52,922 nucleotides of DNA, taken from contig JASMHR010000003.1 in assembly GCA_030750665.1 (NCBI GenBank), positions 1-52,922 on the forward strand, given 5' to 3'. The DNA is from Candidatus Poseidoniaceae archaeon (GTDB lineage Archaea; Thermoplasmatota; Poseidoniia; Poseidoniales; Poseidoniaceae). The notes under the pieces were generated by a model. It did no database searches. It was not told where the DNA came from and saw nothing but the letters and a program-made list of their open reading frames with translations. Shown piece by piece: positions 27,233-37,357 of the stretch (position 1 is the stretch's first letter; each line of letters begins with the position of its first letter). Made by a program: the position numbers and the translations under genes.

Positions 27233-30200
27233 ATGGCGAAGCAGCGTATCAGCCTGTTGATTGCGGGATTATTCCTTTCGGTCATGATGTTGCCAGTCAT
27301 CGCTGCTGAATCCAGCGTTCCAGAGCATTTGATCATAGTGGATTGGAGTGCGGTGGAATGGGGTACTGAAGAGGAAGGCGGAGTTGAGCAGCGCCATTCA
27401 TATCGATTTGAGTTCAATGATGCCCTCAATTCCACTGTTTCAGAATTCAGTGCTGATGTTTCTCACTTCGATTCTGAAGGGTTATTGTTGAATGAATCAA
27501 ATTACTCTGTTGCGGAGATGGAATTTGTCAATGACCGAATTCTGCGGTTGGATTTGCCAGACAAGTTGTCATTTGGAGATTCCATCAATATCGAGACTTT
27601 CTGGGATGGTGTTGCAAGCGGTGTTTCAAGAAATATCCAAGCGACGGTTTGGAATCAACCTCTTGCAGATCATTCAGTGACTATTACAACAGACTGGAAT
27701 TTGAATCATAGTTATGAGGATGAGAATGGTTCTCAGCACTATCTGTTACTGTTCAATGGAAGAGGTTGGCAGGAGAGACAGGGCGAACTCCTGCATGCTT
27801 GGGAACTAGGAGATGGAATAGTAACCATAAACGAAGTTGGAGAGAATGAAACCACTTGGATCAATCTGACTCTTGATGAAATTTGGAGGAATGAGACCAC
27901 GGTTGATGGAGTATTACAGGCTCAGTATTTCAATGCCCAAGGCTGGGGTGATTTAGTCGTGGAGTTTTCTGATGATGAGATGGATTCCATGCGAGTCACA
28001 GCCGCTGTCTCAAATGCACAATTCAATCGCAGCACGGTGGATGGAATCATTTCTGAAGGCACCAAGTTGGAGGCAACTGGATATCTCAATGCCAGCAATG
28101 AAGATGAAGATGGAGAGTTGTGGATGAATGGAACAGTCTCAATCCTTTATTTCGAGCGCTATGAGGTGGATGGAGCCATAGAATATAATCTCAATCAATT
28201 CGAAGGCTATGCAGATATGCAGATGGTTGATGGAGACAATCGCTTCGATATCGATATCTCTGAAATAGCGATGTATGAAGAATGGGAGGATGGAGTGCGT
28301 ATTGGACAGAGAAACTCGATTAATGGAGACGGCACTTTCGGATTCAAATCAGATGAGGAAGATGGTGATATCACCATCAATGGAACAGTGTATGGCCTGC
28401 GTGACACCAGTGTTGATGGTGAGAAGACTGACCAGTATTTTCACATGGATGGAACCTTCACTGGAGATGTTGATGGAACCTTTGGAGCACTCACCAACAT
28501 CGAGACTTCGGGCGAGTGGCAGAACCACAATGGGACTGATTATCCTGTAAATGTGATTCTGGAAGAAACATGGCTCAACCTGACAGGTTCTGGTGGTTTT
28601 GGCTTCGATGGGGCTGGACAGAACCACAACAGAACTTGGAACTATGAGGTTCCATACATCGATTGGGATAACACCACCATCTACAGGAAATGGGAGAGTA
28701 CTGGTTTCGATAATGATGAGGGTGATGAATATCCTGAGGAATCACCCGTGCCCTCCCCGCCTACTCCTCCGGAGACGGAAGATGGCCTTGGTGAGGTTAA
28801 TCTGAGTCGTGAGACTGGGCTTTCACCTGTATCGTTACAACCTGGAGACATGGTTTCTCTCCTTGGCTCAGACCTTGTTGAACTGGATATCGTTGCCTCT
28901 GCCATCACTACCTCCACCAAAGATGGTCGTGTGTTCGATGTCACTCAATGGTCTGGTATCTACTACAATGAGGAGGGCACTTTGAGTGAAGGAACCGCTA
29001 CTGGTGAAGTCATCAACAAGGGCCCTCTTTCTGGATTGATATCCAGTGTCCAAAGGCAATTTACCATTCCAGCAGTGAATGATGAAGAAGCGGTATTCAC
29101 TGAGGTTCAGGTATTGGAGAGGATCAGTTATCCTTCTGTGGTTTCTGAGGGGGAGAACAGTGCACCGAGTGTGGAATCGATTTCCTTGCGCAGCAGCCTA
29201 GTCAACGAGGGGGGAACTTCTACCTATCTTGAGGTCAGCATTTTGGATCCTGATTGGAATGCCATCTCAGTTGTTGCCAATCTCAGTACTCTTGGTCTTG
29301 GCTCTGTACAGTTGGGCGACGAGGGATTGAATGGAGACTTGACGATACACGATGATGTTTGGACCACTCAAATTTCAGTTCCTGGAATTCAACATGGTGA
29401 ATTATCGGTATTGGTCACAGCCACTGATACATGGGGAGCGACAGATAGCATGAATGGAACCTTGGAGGTGTTCAATCAGGCTCCACGATTAAGGGAATGG
29501 GAACATGTACCATCATTGGCTTTCCGTGGCGAGATACTCATTGTCAATGCTGGAGTCAACGATGGCAATGGTGTGGCCAAAGTGGCAGTCGATATGCGCG
29601 ACCATGGTGGAGAACTACATGACTTGAGTCTCAACACCGGCAATCAGTTATGGATGGGGCAGATTCCAGTTCCAGAGGGAATGCATCCTGGTGAACAGGC
29701 TCTGAAGGTGTTCATGGAAGATGATGATGGAGCATCGATAATGGTCACATCTACGCAGAGTCTGGATTCACATTATCTGGATGGTCCAGAGGATGAAGCA
29801 TTACGGATTCGGATTATGAATCAGGGCCCGTTGCTTGAAAGTCCAGCAATTTCGCCCGATGAGATTGTACAGGTTGAAAATGATGGAGACGAGCAATCAT
29901 ACACGGTCACCGTTCATGTTTCGGATCCAGATGATATCAGATGGGTGAAAGTCAAACTTGGAGCACTTGCCGCAATTGGGCAACAAGATACATTCCTGTT
30001 GATGTATGATAATGGAGAAAATGGGGACCTGACTGCTGGGGATGGAATCTACAGCCTTTCTTTCGAGAGTCGAAGAGGAGTCCCTCTAGGCACCCATCCA
30101 GTCACTTTCAAGGCTGAAGATGATTACGGAGCTGAAGAATATCATGATGAATTCATCATCAAGGTTGTAGAGGCCCAGAGCGAAACTCTGGATGCGGATC

Positions 30201-30370
30201 AAGTGTTCAGTTTCGCTGATGATCCTGTGGTCATTCTTTGGGTGATAGGAATTCTTCTTGGTTTGGCTCTTCCTTCAGCGGCAGTCATTGCATTGCGTAA
30301 AAGGAAGCAGAACAAAGAGAATCCATGGAGCGGAAAGCAGCAGGGTGACGATGCCTGGGGTAACCAATGA
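27233..30370 (+). CDS. Large acidic cell-surface glycoprotein with a C-terminal TM anchor
   Basis: Signal peptide, many N-x-S/T sequons, LGDEGLNGD..HDDVWT and LMYDNGENGD..GDGIYS motifs (choice-of-anchor X-like), TM helix followed by RKRK. Confidence 0.75.
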   Translation: MAKQRISLLIAGLFLSVMMLPVIAAESSVPEHLIIVDWSAVEWGTEEEGGVEQRHSYRFEFNDALNSTVSEFSADVSHFDSEGLLLNESNYSVAEMEFVNDRILRLDLPDKLSFGDSINIETFWDGVASGVSRNIQATVWNQPLADHSVTITTDWNLNHSYEDENGSQHYLLLFNGRGWQERQGELLHAWELGDGIVTINEVGENETTWINLTLDEIWRNETTVDGVLQAQYFNAQGWGDLVVEFSDDEMDSMRVTAAVSNAQFNRSTVDGIISEGTKLEATGYLNASNEDEDGELWMNGTVSILYFERYEVDGAIEYNLNQFEGYADMQMVDGDNRFDIDISEIAMYEEWEDGVRIGQRNSINGDGTFGFKSDEEDGDITINGTVYGLRDTSVDGEKTDQYFHMDGTFTGDVDGTFGALTNIETSGEWQNHNGTDYPVNVILEETWLNLTGSGGFGFDGAGQNHNRTWNYEVPYIDWDNTTIYRKWESTGFDNDEGDEYPEESPVPSPPTPPETEDGLGEVNLSRETGLSPVSLQPGDMVSLLGSDLVELDIVASAITTSTKDGRVFDVTQWSGIYYNEEGTLSEGTATGEVINKGPLSGLISSVQRQFTIPAVNDEEAVFTEVQVLERISYPSVVSEGENSAPSVESISLRSSLVNEGGTSTYLEVSILDPDWNAISVVANLSTLGLGSVQLGDEGLNGDLTIHDDVWTTQISVPGIQHGELSVLVTATDTWGATDSMNGTLEVFNQAPRLREWEHVPSLAFRGEILIVNAGVNDGNGVAKVAVDMRDHGGELHDLSLNTGNQLWMGQIPVPEGMHPGEQALKVFMEDDDGASIMVTSTQSLDSHYLDGPEDEALRIRIMNQGPLLESPAISPDEIVQVENDGDEQSYTVTVHVSDPDDIRWVKVKLGALAAIGQQDTFLLMYDNGENGDLTAGDGIYSLSFESRRGVPLGTHPVTFKAEDDYGAEEYHDEFIIKVVEAQSETLDADQVFSFADDPVVILWVIGILLGLALPSAAVIALRKRKQNKENPWSGKQQGDDAWGNQ

Positions 30371-30439
30371 AGGCTGATTTCAGGGGGAGTTCCTCACATT
30401 TCTATGATGCAATTCAGGCTCTTAGTCAAGCATTCAGAG

Positions 30440-30511
30440 TGCGAGCGCCGAGATTTGAACTCGGGTTCAAGCGTTGGCAACGCTCGGTGATAACCACTAC
30501 ACTACGCTCGC
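30440..30511 (-). tRNA. tRNA-Gly (GCC)
   Basis: Minus strand: acceptor GCGAGCG/CGCTCGC, anticodon arm GAGCG-TTGCCAA-CGCTT, T arm CCGAG-TTCAAAT-CTCGG. Confidence 0.96.
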
Positions 30512-30526
30512 AGAACGGCTCCGCCA

Positions 30527-30916
30527 TCAGTCATGGGTATGAAACATTGTCGTTTCAAGAATCTGGACCAGTTCCATGATCTGGTCTCTGATGTTACGGT
30601 AAACATCCAATCCCTGACTTACTGGGTCGTCCAACCCCCAGTCGGCATCGGCCTTCAGAGTCGGGCATGTCTCTTCCACTCCACATCCCATGGAGATGAC
30701 CTTGTCCCATGAATCGAGAGATTCAAGGTCAAGCAGTTTGGGGGTTTGAGCAGAGATATCAATACCCAATTCCGCCATTACTTCGACCGCATTGCTCGCT
30801 ACTCTACTAGCCGGCGTGGTACCGGCGCTTGCTGCATCATGTCCATACTCTCTTGCGAATCCCTCTGCCATCTGGCTTCTACAAGAATTTCCAACACAGA
30901 CGAACAGCACTTTCAT
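30527..30916 (-). CDS. arsC: Thioredoxin-dependent arsenate reductase / low-molecular-weight PTP
   Basis: MKVLFVCVGNSCRSQMAEG, SMGC...CP and WGLDDP. Confidence 0.8.
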   Translation of the reverse strand: MKVLFVCVGNSCRSQMAEGFAREYGHDAASAGTTPASRVASNAVEVMAELGIDISAQTPKLLDLESLDSWDKVISMGCGVEETCPTLKADADWGLDDPVSQGLDVYRNIRDQIMELVQILETTMFHTHD

Positions 30917-31007
30917 TGGAACCAGCAAGATGACGACCCCATTTGAATGATGTCCATAGAGAGAATCGAGTCGGCAGGCACTTGTCCTTACCGCCTCTCG
31001 ACCAACC

Positions 31008-31409
31008 ATGTTGCCCTCACGCTGGAATCCGTGGAGAGGCATCATTCTGACTTTGATCATCTTCGTCATCGAATTTGGATTGCATATCGTCTTCGCTGCC
31101 AAGCAATGGGATATTCTATTCTTGTTCGTTGCAATCGATATGTTCTTCCTGACCGTTTGTTTTGCTCCAATTGCATTGATTCTTGGTGGGGCAGCAAACC
31201 ATCATGTCGGGCAGCAAGTCATTGGAATCGGGACCACTATTGCAGTTCCCTTGACGATGGGGTTTTTCTGGGCTGTCAATGATATGACCTGGTCGTATTG
31301 GTTGATTGGTTCAACCACTCTTCCGATGTTGTCACAGATACTCTGGTATCGATGGGAAAGAGGGCTTTCCAACCTCATCTATCGCTCGGTTATTGTAGAG
31401 GAAGAGTGA
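31008..31409 (+). CDS. Hypothetical membrane protein (about 4 TM helices)
   Basis: Hydrophobic ORF filling the gap and co-oriented with mrp. Confidence 0.65.
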   Translation: MLPSRWNPWRGIILTLIIFVIEFGLHIVFAAKQWDILFLFVAIDMFFLTVCFAPIALILGGAANHHVGQQVIGIGTTIAVPLTMGFFWAVNDMTWSYWLIGSTTLPMLSQILWYRWERGLSNLIYRSVIVEEE

Positions 31410-31446
31410 GCGAGGATTCAAGAAAGCCGGTCTTGTCGACAGGTCG

Positions 31447-32463
31447 ATGACTGAATCTCCCGTCTCTCAACACACCCCCGACAAATCTGAAACTCCTGCT
31501 CCAGAGGGGGAAGCAAGTCCTCAACAGAGGAAGCAGATGGAAGCGGCATATCAGCAAATGAAGCGACAGATGGCGATGAAGAAGATTGCTGAAGAAATCT
31601 CACACAAGATCATGGTCTTGTCCGGCAAGGGTGGCGTTGGTAAGTCAACGGTAGCAACCGGTCTGGCTCTATCCTTGGCAGAACAGGGCCTGAAAGTCGG
31701 ACTTCTTGACATCGATATCACCGGTCCTAATGTTCCCAAGATGATGGGACTTGATGGAATGAGGCTGCATGTGGAGGAGGGTCGTATCTATCCTAATATT
31801 GGACATTCGGGTGTGAAGGTCATATCGATGGCTTTCCTATTGGAGGATGAAGATACACCTGTGGTCTGGCGTGGACCGATCAAGCTCGGTGCCATCCAAC
31901 AGTTCATTGCTGACGTTGAATGGGGGCTCCTTGATCATCTGATCATAGATTTCCCTCCTGGGACCAGTGATGAGCCACTCACTGTTGTTCAAAGTCTGCC
32001 GGATATTGATGGAATTGTGATAGTCACAACTCCACAAGACGTAGCATTGCTTGATAGCAGGAAGTCGATATCATTCGCTAAGACGTTGAATGTTCCAGTT
32101 CTTGGCGTGGTTGAGAATATGAGTGGTTATACTCTGCGCGGAAAAACAGAGCCTAACAGTAGATTGGAACTCGTTGGCCCTGGTGGCAAGATGATAGAGG
32201 TCGAGGCTGATGATGGCGGAGATTGGTCAGCGGTTCTTGATATTTTCAAGAGAGGTGGGGGTGAGAAGACTGCATCGGACCTCAAGGTACCCTTCCTTGG
32301 AGCATTACCCTTTGATCCAGGTGTGCTTCGTGGCGGTGATGATGGAGTTCATAGGATAATTGCGAATCCATCTGGAGAAAGCGCCAAGGCTTTTGCCAAG
32401 GTAGTTGAGGCAATTTCTGAACAGTTGTCAAATGAAGATGAATCTGGAGTCAACATCATCTGA
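31447..32463 (+). CDS. mrp: Mrp/NBP35 (ApbC) family P-loop ATPase lacking cysteines
   Basis: SGKGGVGKST, LDIDITGP, VWRGP, DFPPGTSD, VTTPQ and VENMS. Confidence 0.9.
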   Translation: MTESPVSQHTPDKSETPAPEGEASPQQRKQMEAAYQQMKRQMAMKKIAEEISHKIMVLSGKGGVGKSTVATGLALSLAEQGLKVGLLDIDITGPNVPKMMGLDGMRLHVEEGRIYPNIGHSGVKVISMAFLLEDEDTPVVWRGPIKLGAIQQFIADVEWGLLDHLIIDFPPGTSDEPLTVVQSLPDIDGIVIVTTPQDVALLDSRKSISFAKTLNVPVLGVVENMSGYTLRGKTEPNSRLELVGPGGKMIEVEADDGGDWSAVLDIFKRGGGEKTASDLKVPFLGALPFDPGVLRGGDDGVHRIIANPSGESAKAFAKVVEAISEQLSNEDESGVNII

Positions 32464-32470
32464 GGTGTCG

Positions 32471-32824
32471 GTGTTGAGTGATATTCCTAAGTTGATTGAA
32501 CTTGAGCGTACTGTGGAGGACGCAGTACTTCGATGGCAGGATGGCAGCGAGCATACCATCTCATGGAACGATATCCGATACTACTGTCCTTGCGCTAAAT
32601 GTGCTCCAAATCGGGATAATGAAGAGACTGCATTAGAATTGAGGAGTTCGGTAGAAGCATATGTATCTGAGAAGCCAACGGTCAGGGCAATCGGCCGATA
32701 CGCTTTGACATTTGAGTGGAGCCAAGGTTGTAGTAGCGGTATCCACAGATTTGAGAGGTTGTGGGAAATCGCAAATGGAACTGACCCAGACCATGGCAAA
32801 CCCTACGTGCATGGGGCTTGGTAG
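32471..32824 (+). CDS. DUF971 / GBBH-like N-terminal domain protein
   Basis: LRWQDG, IRYYCPCAKC and IGRYALTFEWSQGCSSGI. GAGGTG RBS overlaps the mrp stop codon. Confidence 0.82.
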   Translation: MLSDIPKLIELERTVEDAVLRWQDGSEHTISWNDIRYYCPCAKCAPNRDNEETALELRSSVEAYVSEKPTVRAIGRYALTFEWSQGCSSGIHRFERLWEIANGTDPDHGKPYVHGAW

Positions 32825-32920
32825 TCGGCATATCCCAAGGGAGATGTAAACTCACAACTCTGATGTGAGAATGGCACAGGCTTGAAGCGTTGAATGGTTG
32901 CGAGTACAGATGGGGCCGAG

Positions 32921-35026
32921 ATGACCGACGGAATCTATCTCACTTGGATAACCATGGCTTTGGCTGGTGGTGTCATCTTGATTCCACTGTTCAAGCCTCC
33001 TTGGGCCAAGGCCAATTTGCGTGCATTCAATGATATGTTTCGCCGCTATTGGCTACATATCTTGTTGGTCTTCCTGATATTCTTCTGGAAGGATACTCTG
33101 GATACGTTGGACCGGATATTCATGGCCAATACCCAATTGGAGATGACCGCTTGGGTCTATGCGATTGAAGGAGATTTGGTTCTGTGGGTACAACAGACTT
33201 TCAAAGCTCAATGGCTGACAGTATCTCTGACTCATTTTTACGTCTCTGGATATTTGATGGTGGTCTATGTCAGTATCGTCTACTTCTGTTACTTCAATGA
33301 TCGTTTCATGGCTGACAGGGTATCTCTGTGCGTCTTCTTCATCTATGCATTGGCGGTTCCATTCTATTTGTTCTTCAATGTCAGAGTGACCGGTGACCAC
33401 ATTCCAGCAATGGAGACTTTGGCTTATGACTTGACACCGGAGATCAATGATTGGTTTGAACGAATAGATCCATTCACTAATGGAATGCCCAGTTTGCATA
33501 TCGGCATACCATTTGGGGTCTGGTTGTGTATCGTCAGATGGGATGATGACAATAGATGGACGAAGTATAGAAACTTCTTGTTCGTCTATCTAGTGGTTAC
33601 ATGTTTCACCATCGTCTATCTCGGAATTCATTGGTTCGTGGATATCATCGGTGGCATGATAATTGCCGCAGTAGCAATCAGACTGACTGAACGATACAAC
33701 AAGGCGGTGTGGAACGTCCTTGATGAAAGAACTTTGAATGCAAGATTAGCAACCATTGTGACCCGTCCGCACCGAGTTTCATGGTGGATTTCTTCAAGAA
33801 CGAAGAAATTAGTAAACGCCATCAGACATCCATCCAGTCATGAGACTGGTTGGGCCATTATCATTGTCGTCGTCATCACTTCCAGTGTGATTGTCTGGGA
33901 CATGACCCACCGTGATCTACCGGTCACTGGTGTTGAAGCCCCTGTTGGTGCGGTGGCAGCAGATGGTTGGTTGGTGAGTTTGGATAATCGTAGTGAAGAA
34001 GGAATAGTCTTGGTGGTGGTAGATTTATCGAATCCAGATGACCCACAGGTGATTCCACATCCTTCCTTGACCATGAATGCATTACATGATACGGCGGGTG
34101 ACATGGTTGCTGTTGCTAATTCAACAGAATTGTGGATTATGGATCTCAACGAATTGGCCAAGGAACCCACCATCCTTCCTGTTTCAAGTCCAACTAATGT
34201 GAAGATAGGTAACTCAGGATTAGGAGAAATGGTGGTGCTTTTGGTTGAGGATGGAAAGTTGAGAGGTGTATCGAGGAGTGGTGATGTCGTCGTGACTCCG
34301 AGTCTTCAGGATGAGCATGTAGAGGTGCTCAATCTAGCGGTAGATGGAAACAAATTGGCCATGGTATTCACAGATAACAATTCAAAGGTTAGGGTCGGAC
34401 AGGTTGGCACTCAGGGATTCGTTGATTATCCGTTGAATGTGACTGCACCTGTTGAACAGGATGAAACCTTGAGAAGTTGGGGTTACATCATTGATGTGGT
34501 CAATGCAACTGTAGTGGATATCGATCTAGATGAGAGATGGTTGGTGGCTACTGTGAATGTGACTGCAACAGATAGATTGGTGCTAATCGATCTAGAAACA
34601 GGAACTAGTCAGTTGCTGTCGGATCCGAAATATCCGGCTCATGATCCTGCGGTAGGCAATGGTTTGGTTGTCTGGGCATCTCAATGGCATCTGAACCCAG
34701 TACAACCTAGTGAGCAGTTTGAGGATCATGAAATATGGTATTATGATCTTGAGAAGAATTTGACAGAACATCTGACTGAGGATCTCGTAGATCAGCGAAA
34801 TCCTCAGGTGACTAAGGATCATATCGTCTGGCAGGAAGTGGAAGAAGGAAGTGTTGTTTCAACCAAGGTCCATCCTAGGAACATGCAATTGCAACCTTAC
34901 TCATCCACTTCTTTGCAGGTCGCTACCATCATTTTGATTCCATTGGTATGTCTGCATATTTGGAAACGTAGCACCGAAGCGAGTTTGAAAGAAGCAGGAG
35001 AATCATCAGATTCAATTGATGATTGA
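32921..35026 (+). CDS. PAP2/Aur1-like (IPC synthase-type) membrane enzyme fused to a beta-propeller domain
   Basis: NGMPSLH and YLGIHWFVDIIGG catalytic motifs. Then a TM helix, a beta-rich repeat region and a final TM helix. Confidence 0.75.
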   Translation: MTDGIYLTWITMALAGGVILIPLFKPPWAKANLRAFNDMFRRYWLHILLVFLIFFWKDTLDTLDRIFMANTQLEMTAWVYAIEGDLVLWVQQTFKAQWLTVSLTHFYVSGYLMVVYVSIVYFCYFNDRFMADRVSLCVFFIYALAVPFYLFFNVRVTGDHIPAMETLAYDLTPEINDWFERIDPFTNGMPSLHIGIPFGVWLCIVRWDDDNRWTKYRNFLFVYLVVTCFTIVYLGIHWFVDIIGGMIIAAVAIRLTERYNKAVWNVLDERTLNARLATIVTRPHRVSWWISSRTKKLVNAIRHPSSHETGWAIIIVVVITSSVIVWDMTHRDLPVTGVEAPVGAVAADGWLVSLDNRSEEGIVLVVVDLSNPDDPQVIPHPSLTMNALHDTAGDMVAVANSTELWIMDLNELAKEPTILPVSSPTNVKIGNSGLGEMVVLLVEDGKLRGVSRSGDVVVTPSLQDEHVEVLNLAVDGNKLAMVFTDNNSKVRVGQVGTQGFVDYPLNVTAPVEQDETLRSWGYIIDVVNATVVDIDLDERWLVATVNVTATDRLVLIDLETGTSQLLSDPKYPAHDPAVGNGLVVWASQWHLNPVQPSEQFEDHEIWYYDLEKNLTEHLTEDLVDQRNPQVTKDHIVWQEVEEGSVVSTKVHPRNMQLQPYSSTSLQVATIILIPLVCLHIWKRSTEASLKEAGESSDSIDD

Positions 35027-36163
35027 CAGCATTCGTGATAACGCGATGTGGGCACTTGCTGCAGTTTCTACGGGAACCACTATTCTGTTTGCTTCTTCGC
35101 CGGATTCAATCCTTTGGAGTACATCGAGCAGATAGGAGGGATGAATCATGTACATGGTGGAACAAGGACAAACAAGAGGGTCAAGGCATTGCACTTTCTT
35201 GTCAGGATGGTCAGCATCCAGTCTCTTGACCATGTTGATCTCGGTACCTACTCCAATTGTGCTTCCACTGGGTGCTTCTGCAACATATCGCCTGATGAAC
35301 TCAGTGGAGCCGACAGCATCAGCAGCATCTACTACCTCTCTTCTGCATTCAGGATGTACCACAACAAGGGCATCGGGTTCACTCTCTCTGAGTTCCTCTA
35401 TCTGTGAAGTATTGAATCTCCGATGAACACTGCAATAGCCATGCCAGAGAATAATTCTAGCTTCATTCAGGATTTCTGTATCTGGACTTTCACTGGGGTT
35501 CCAGAGCATCATTTTCTCTTCTGGAATTCCCATTGCAAGTCCGGTGTTTCTTCCAAGATGTTGATCGGGAAAGAACAGAACCTTGCCTTCTGCCCCGGCT
35601 CTCTCAAAGGCCCAATCCATGACACCAGCAGCATTTGATGAAGTACAGACCACTCCACCATGCTCACCGACAAAAGCCTTCAATTCAGCACTTGAATTCA
35701 TGTAAGTTACTGGGACTAGGCAGGCTTCTCCGTCCTTGGCAGGTGCACTTTGATCAATACGATTTTTTGGGTCGACCAATCCCGACTCAGCAATCAATTC
35801 TTCCCAGCAGTCCTCAACCTGTTCGAGATTGGCCATATCTGCCATGCTGCATCCTGCTCTTAGATTGGGCAAACTGACTCTTTGTGATTCTCGACTCAGA
35901 ATGTCTGCTGATTCTGCCATGAAATGGACTCCACAGAACACGATGTTACTGGCTTCACTTTCGCTTGCCAGTTTCGATAGTAGGAAAGAGTCACCGAGTA
36001 GATCGGCGTGTTGTACAATACTATCCCTCTGGTAATGATGGCCGAGAATCAAGAGGTCCTTTCCCAGTCTCTTCTTGATAGCATCAATACGCTGATGCAA
36101 CTCCTCTTCTGAGAGGTCCAGCGTTTGTCCATCGATATCGCACATCGGCAGACTGAGAGTCAT
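35012..36163 (-). CDS. nadA: Quinolinate synthase
   Basis: LGHHYQR, FCGVHFMAE, AGCSMA, YMNSSA, GYCSVH, VHPEC and CPCSTM. Confidence 0.95.
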   Translation of the reverse strand: MTLSLPMCDIDGQTLDLSEEELHQRIDAIKKRLGKDLLILGHHYQRDSIVQHADLLGDSFLLSKLASESEASNIVFCGVHFMAESADILSRESQRVSLPNLRAGCSMADMANLEQVEDCWEELIAESGLVDPKNRIDQSAPAKDGEACLVPVTYMNSSAELKAFVGEHGGVVCTSSNAAGVMDWAFERAGAEGKVLFFPDQHLGRNTGLAMGIPEEKMMLWNPSESPDTEILNEARIILWHGYCSVHRRFNTSQIEELRESEPDALVVVHPECRREVVDAADAVGSTEFIRRYVAEAPSGSTIGVGTEINMVKRLDADHPDKKVQCLDPLVCPCSTMYMIHPSYLLDVLQRIESGEEANRIVVPVETAASAHIALSRMLSIIN

Positions 36164-36240
36164 TTCATTCCCCCTCAAGCCAATCTTACAGGGCCATCCC
36201 TTTGAAGCCATCCCTTCTGCGGGATGATGTTGGGGAGCCG

Positions 36241-36912
36241 ATGTTGTGGAAGGATGAGGGCCGCCTCCATCTAGGGGCTGAAGCCGAAGTTCGTGCAGGT
36301 ATCTGGTTAGGTATTCCAGCGGTCAAGAAGGTTCGTCTGAAGCGCACCTGGAGGCATCCTGATCTTGATCGTCTATTGACTCGACGGCGGCTTGATGCAG
36401 AGTGTCGTTCTCTACGTCGATTGGCAGGTAGTGGAATTCAAATTCCTTCCATCCTGCAACTCGACAGAAATACTTTCACCATGATAATGAGCAAAGTGGA
36501 AGGTGACCCACTAATCGATGTACTAAGAGGTGGGATCAGTGGAGATAAGATCTTCAACGAAGTTGGCCGGGTCATTCGTAGGATGCATAGAGTCGGCATC
36601 GTTCATGGCGACCTTTCTACCAACAACATCCTTTGGCAACAAGGTGGTAATCCAGCAATTGTTGATCTTGGTCTTTCAAGGGTGTCAACAGAGGTGGAAC
36701 AGTTCGGGATAGATCTCCACGTCCTTGAGGAGATTCTATCCGCAAGTCATCCCGAATATGAAGGCGCAATGACGGTGGTGGAAACAGGTTACTTGTCTGT
36801 TGATATTGATGAAGGGCCAGTGGAAGACAGCAGTGGAGGATCATTGCCAAGTGCAGCACAGGTGATCAAACGACTTCAGGATATTCGCACCCGCGTCAGA
36901 TACCATGGTTAA
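36241..36912 (+). CDS. bud32: KEOPS kinase Bud32 (standalone)
   Basis: GAEA, WRHPDLD, VHGDLSTNN, VDLGL, DLHVL and a C-terminal RVRY. Confidence 0.9.
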   Translation: MLWKDEGRLHLGAEAEVRAGIWLGIPAVKKVRLKRTWRHPDLDRLLTRRRLDAECRSLRRLAGSGIQIPSILQLDRNTFTMIMSKVEGDPLIDVLRGGISGDKIFNEVGRVIRRMHRVGIVHGDLSTNNILWQQGGNPAIVDLGLSRVSTEVEQFGIDLHVLEEILSASHPEYEGAMTVVETGYLSVDIDEGPVEDSSGGSLPSAAQVIKRLQDIRTRVRYHG

Positions 36913-36915
36913 GAT

Positions 36916-37293
36916 TCAAGCGATGACTTTCTCGACTCCCAACCAACCGATGAGTGCCAGCAGTGGTCCAACGATTGCGGTGACTCCAGCATAGAGTAAA
37001 GAACGCATTGTCTCCCCTTGCCTCCATAGTTCAATGGTCTCAAAACTATAGGTAGAAAGAGTGGTGAAAGCACCGAGGATACCGATTCCGAGAAACATGA
37101 CCATTTCTTCACTGATGATATCATTGCTCGCCGCAGCCCCCATCAATGCACCCAAGAGAAGTGAGCCAACCAGATTCACTGTCAGAGTTCCCCATGGCAT
37201 TTCCTCCGTGGTCAACCATTGTCCGAACAGATAACGGAGTACGGCGCCGATAGCTCCCCCGAACGCGATATAGATCAGAATCTTGGTTTCCAT
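36916..37293 (-). CDS. crcB: Fluoride channel Fluc/CrcB
   Basis: GGAIGAVLRY, PWGTLTVNLVGS and GILGAFTTLSTYS. Confidence 0.93.
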   Translation of the reverse strand: METKILIYIAFGGAIGAVLRYLFGQWLTTEEMPWGTLTVNLVGSLLLGALMGAAASNDIISEEMVMFLGIGILGAFTTLSTYSFETIELWRQGETMRSLLYAGVTAIVGPLLALIGWLGVEKVIA

Positions 37294-37357
37294 GCACAGC
37301 CGTACCTGATGCGCTGCATCATCTTGCCGACATCAAAAAGGAGTCCGAACGATTCCG

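Noticed and set aside
27233-30511. Genomic island integrated at tRNA-Gly
   Set aside because: No integrase, no duplicated tRNA 3' end noticed and no evident composition shift.
30917-31102. Long N-terminal extension of arsC
   Set aside because: Overlaps the divergent membrane-protein gene. The family N-terminus MKVLFVC starts at 30916.
37294-37357. Fluoride riboswitch upstream of crcB
   Set aside because: The 64-bp divergent gap lacks the GGCGATGG...CTGATG core.
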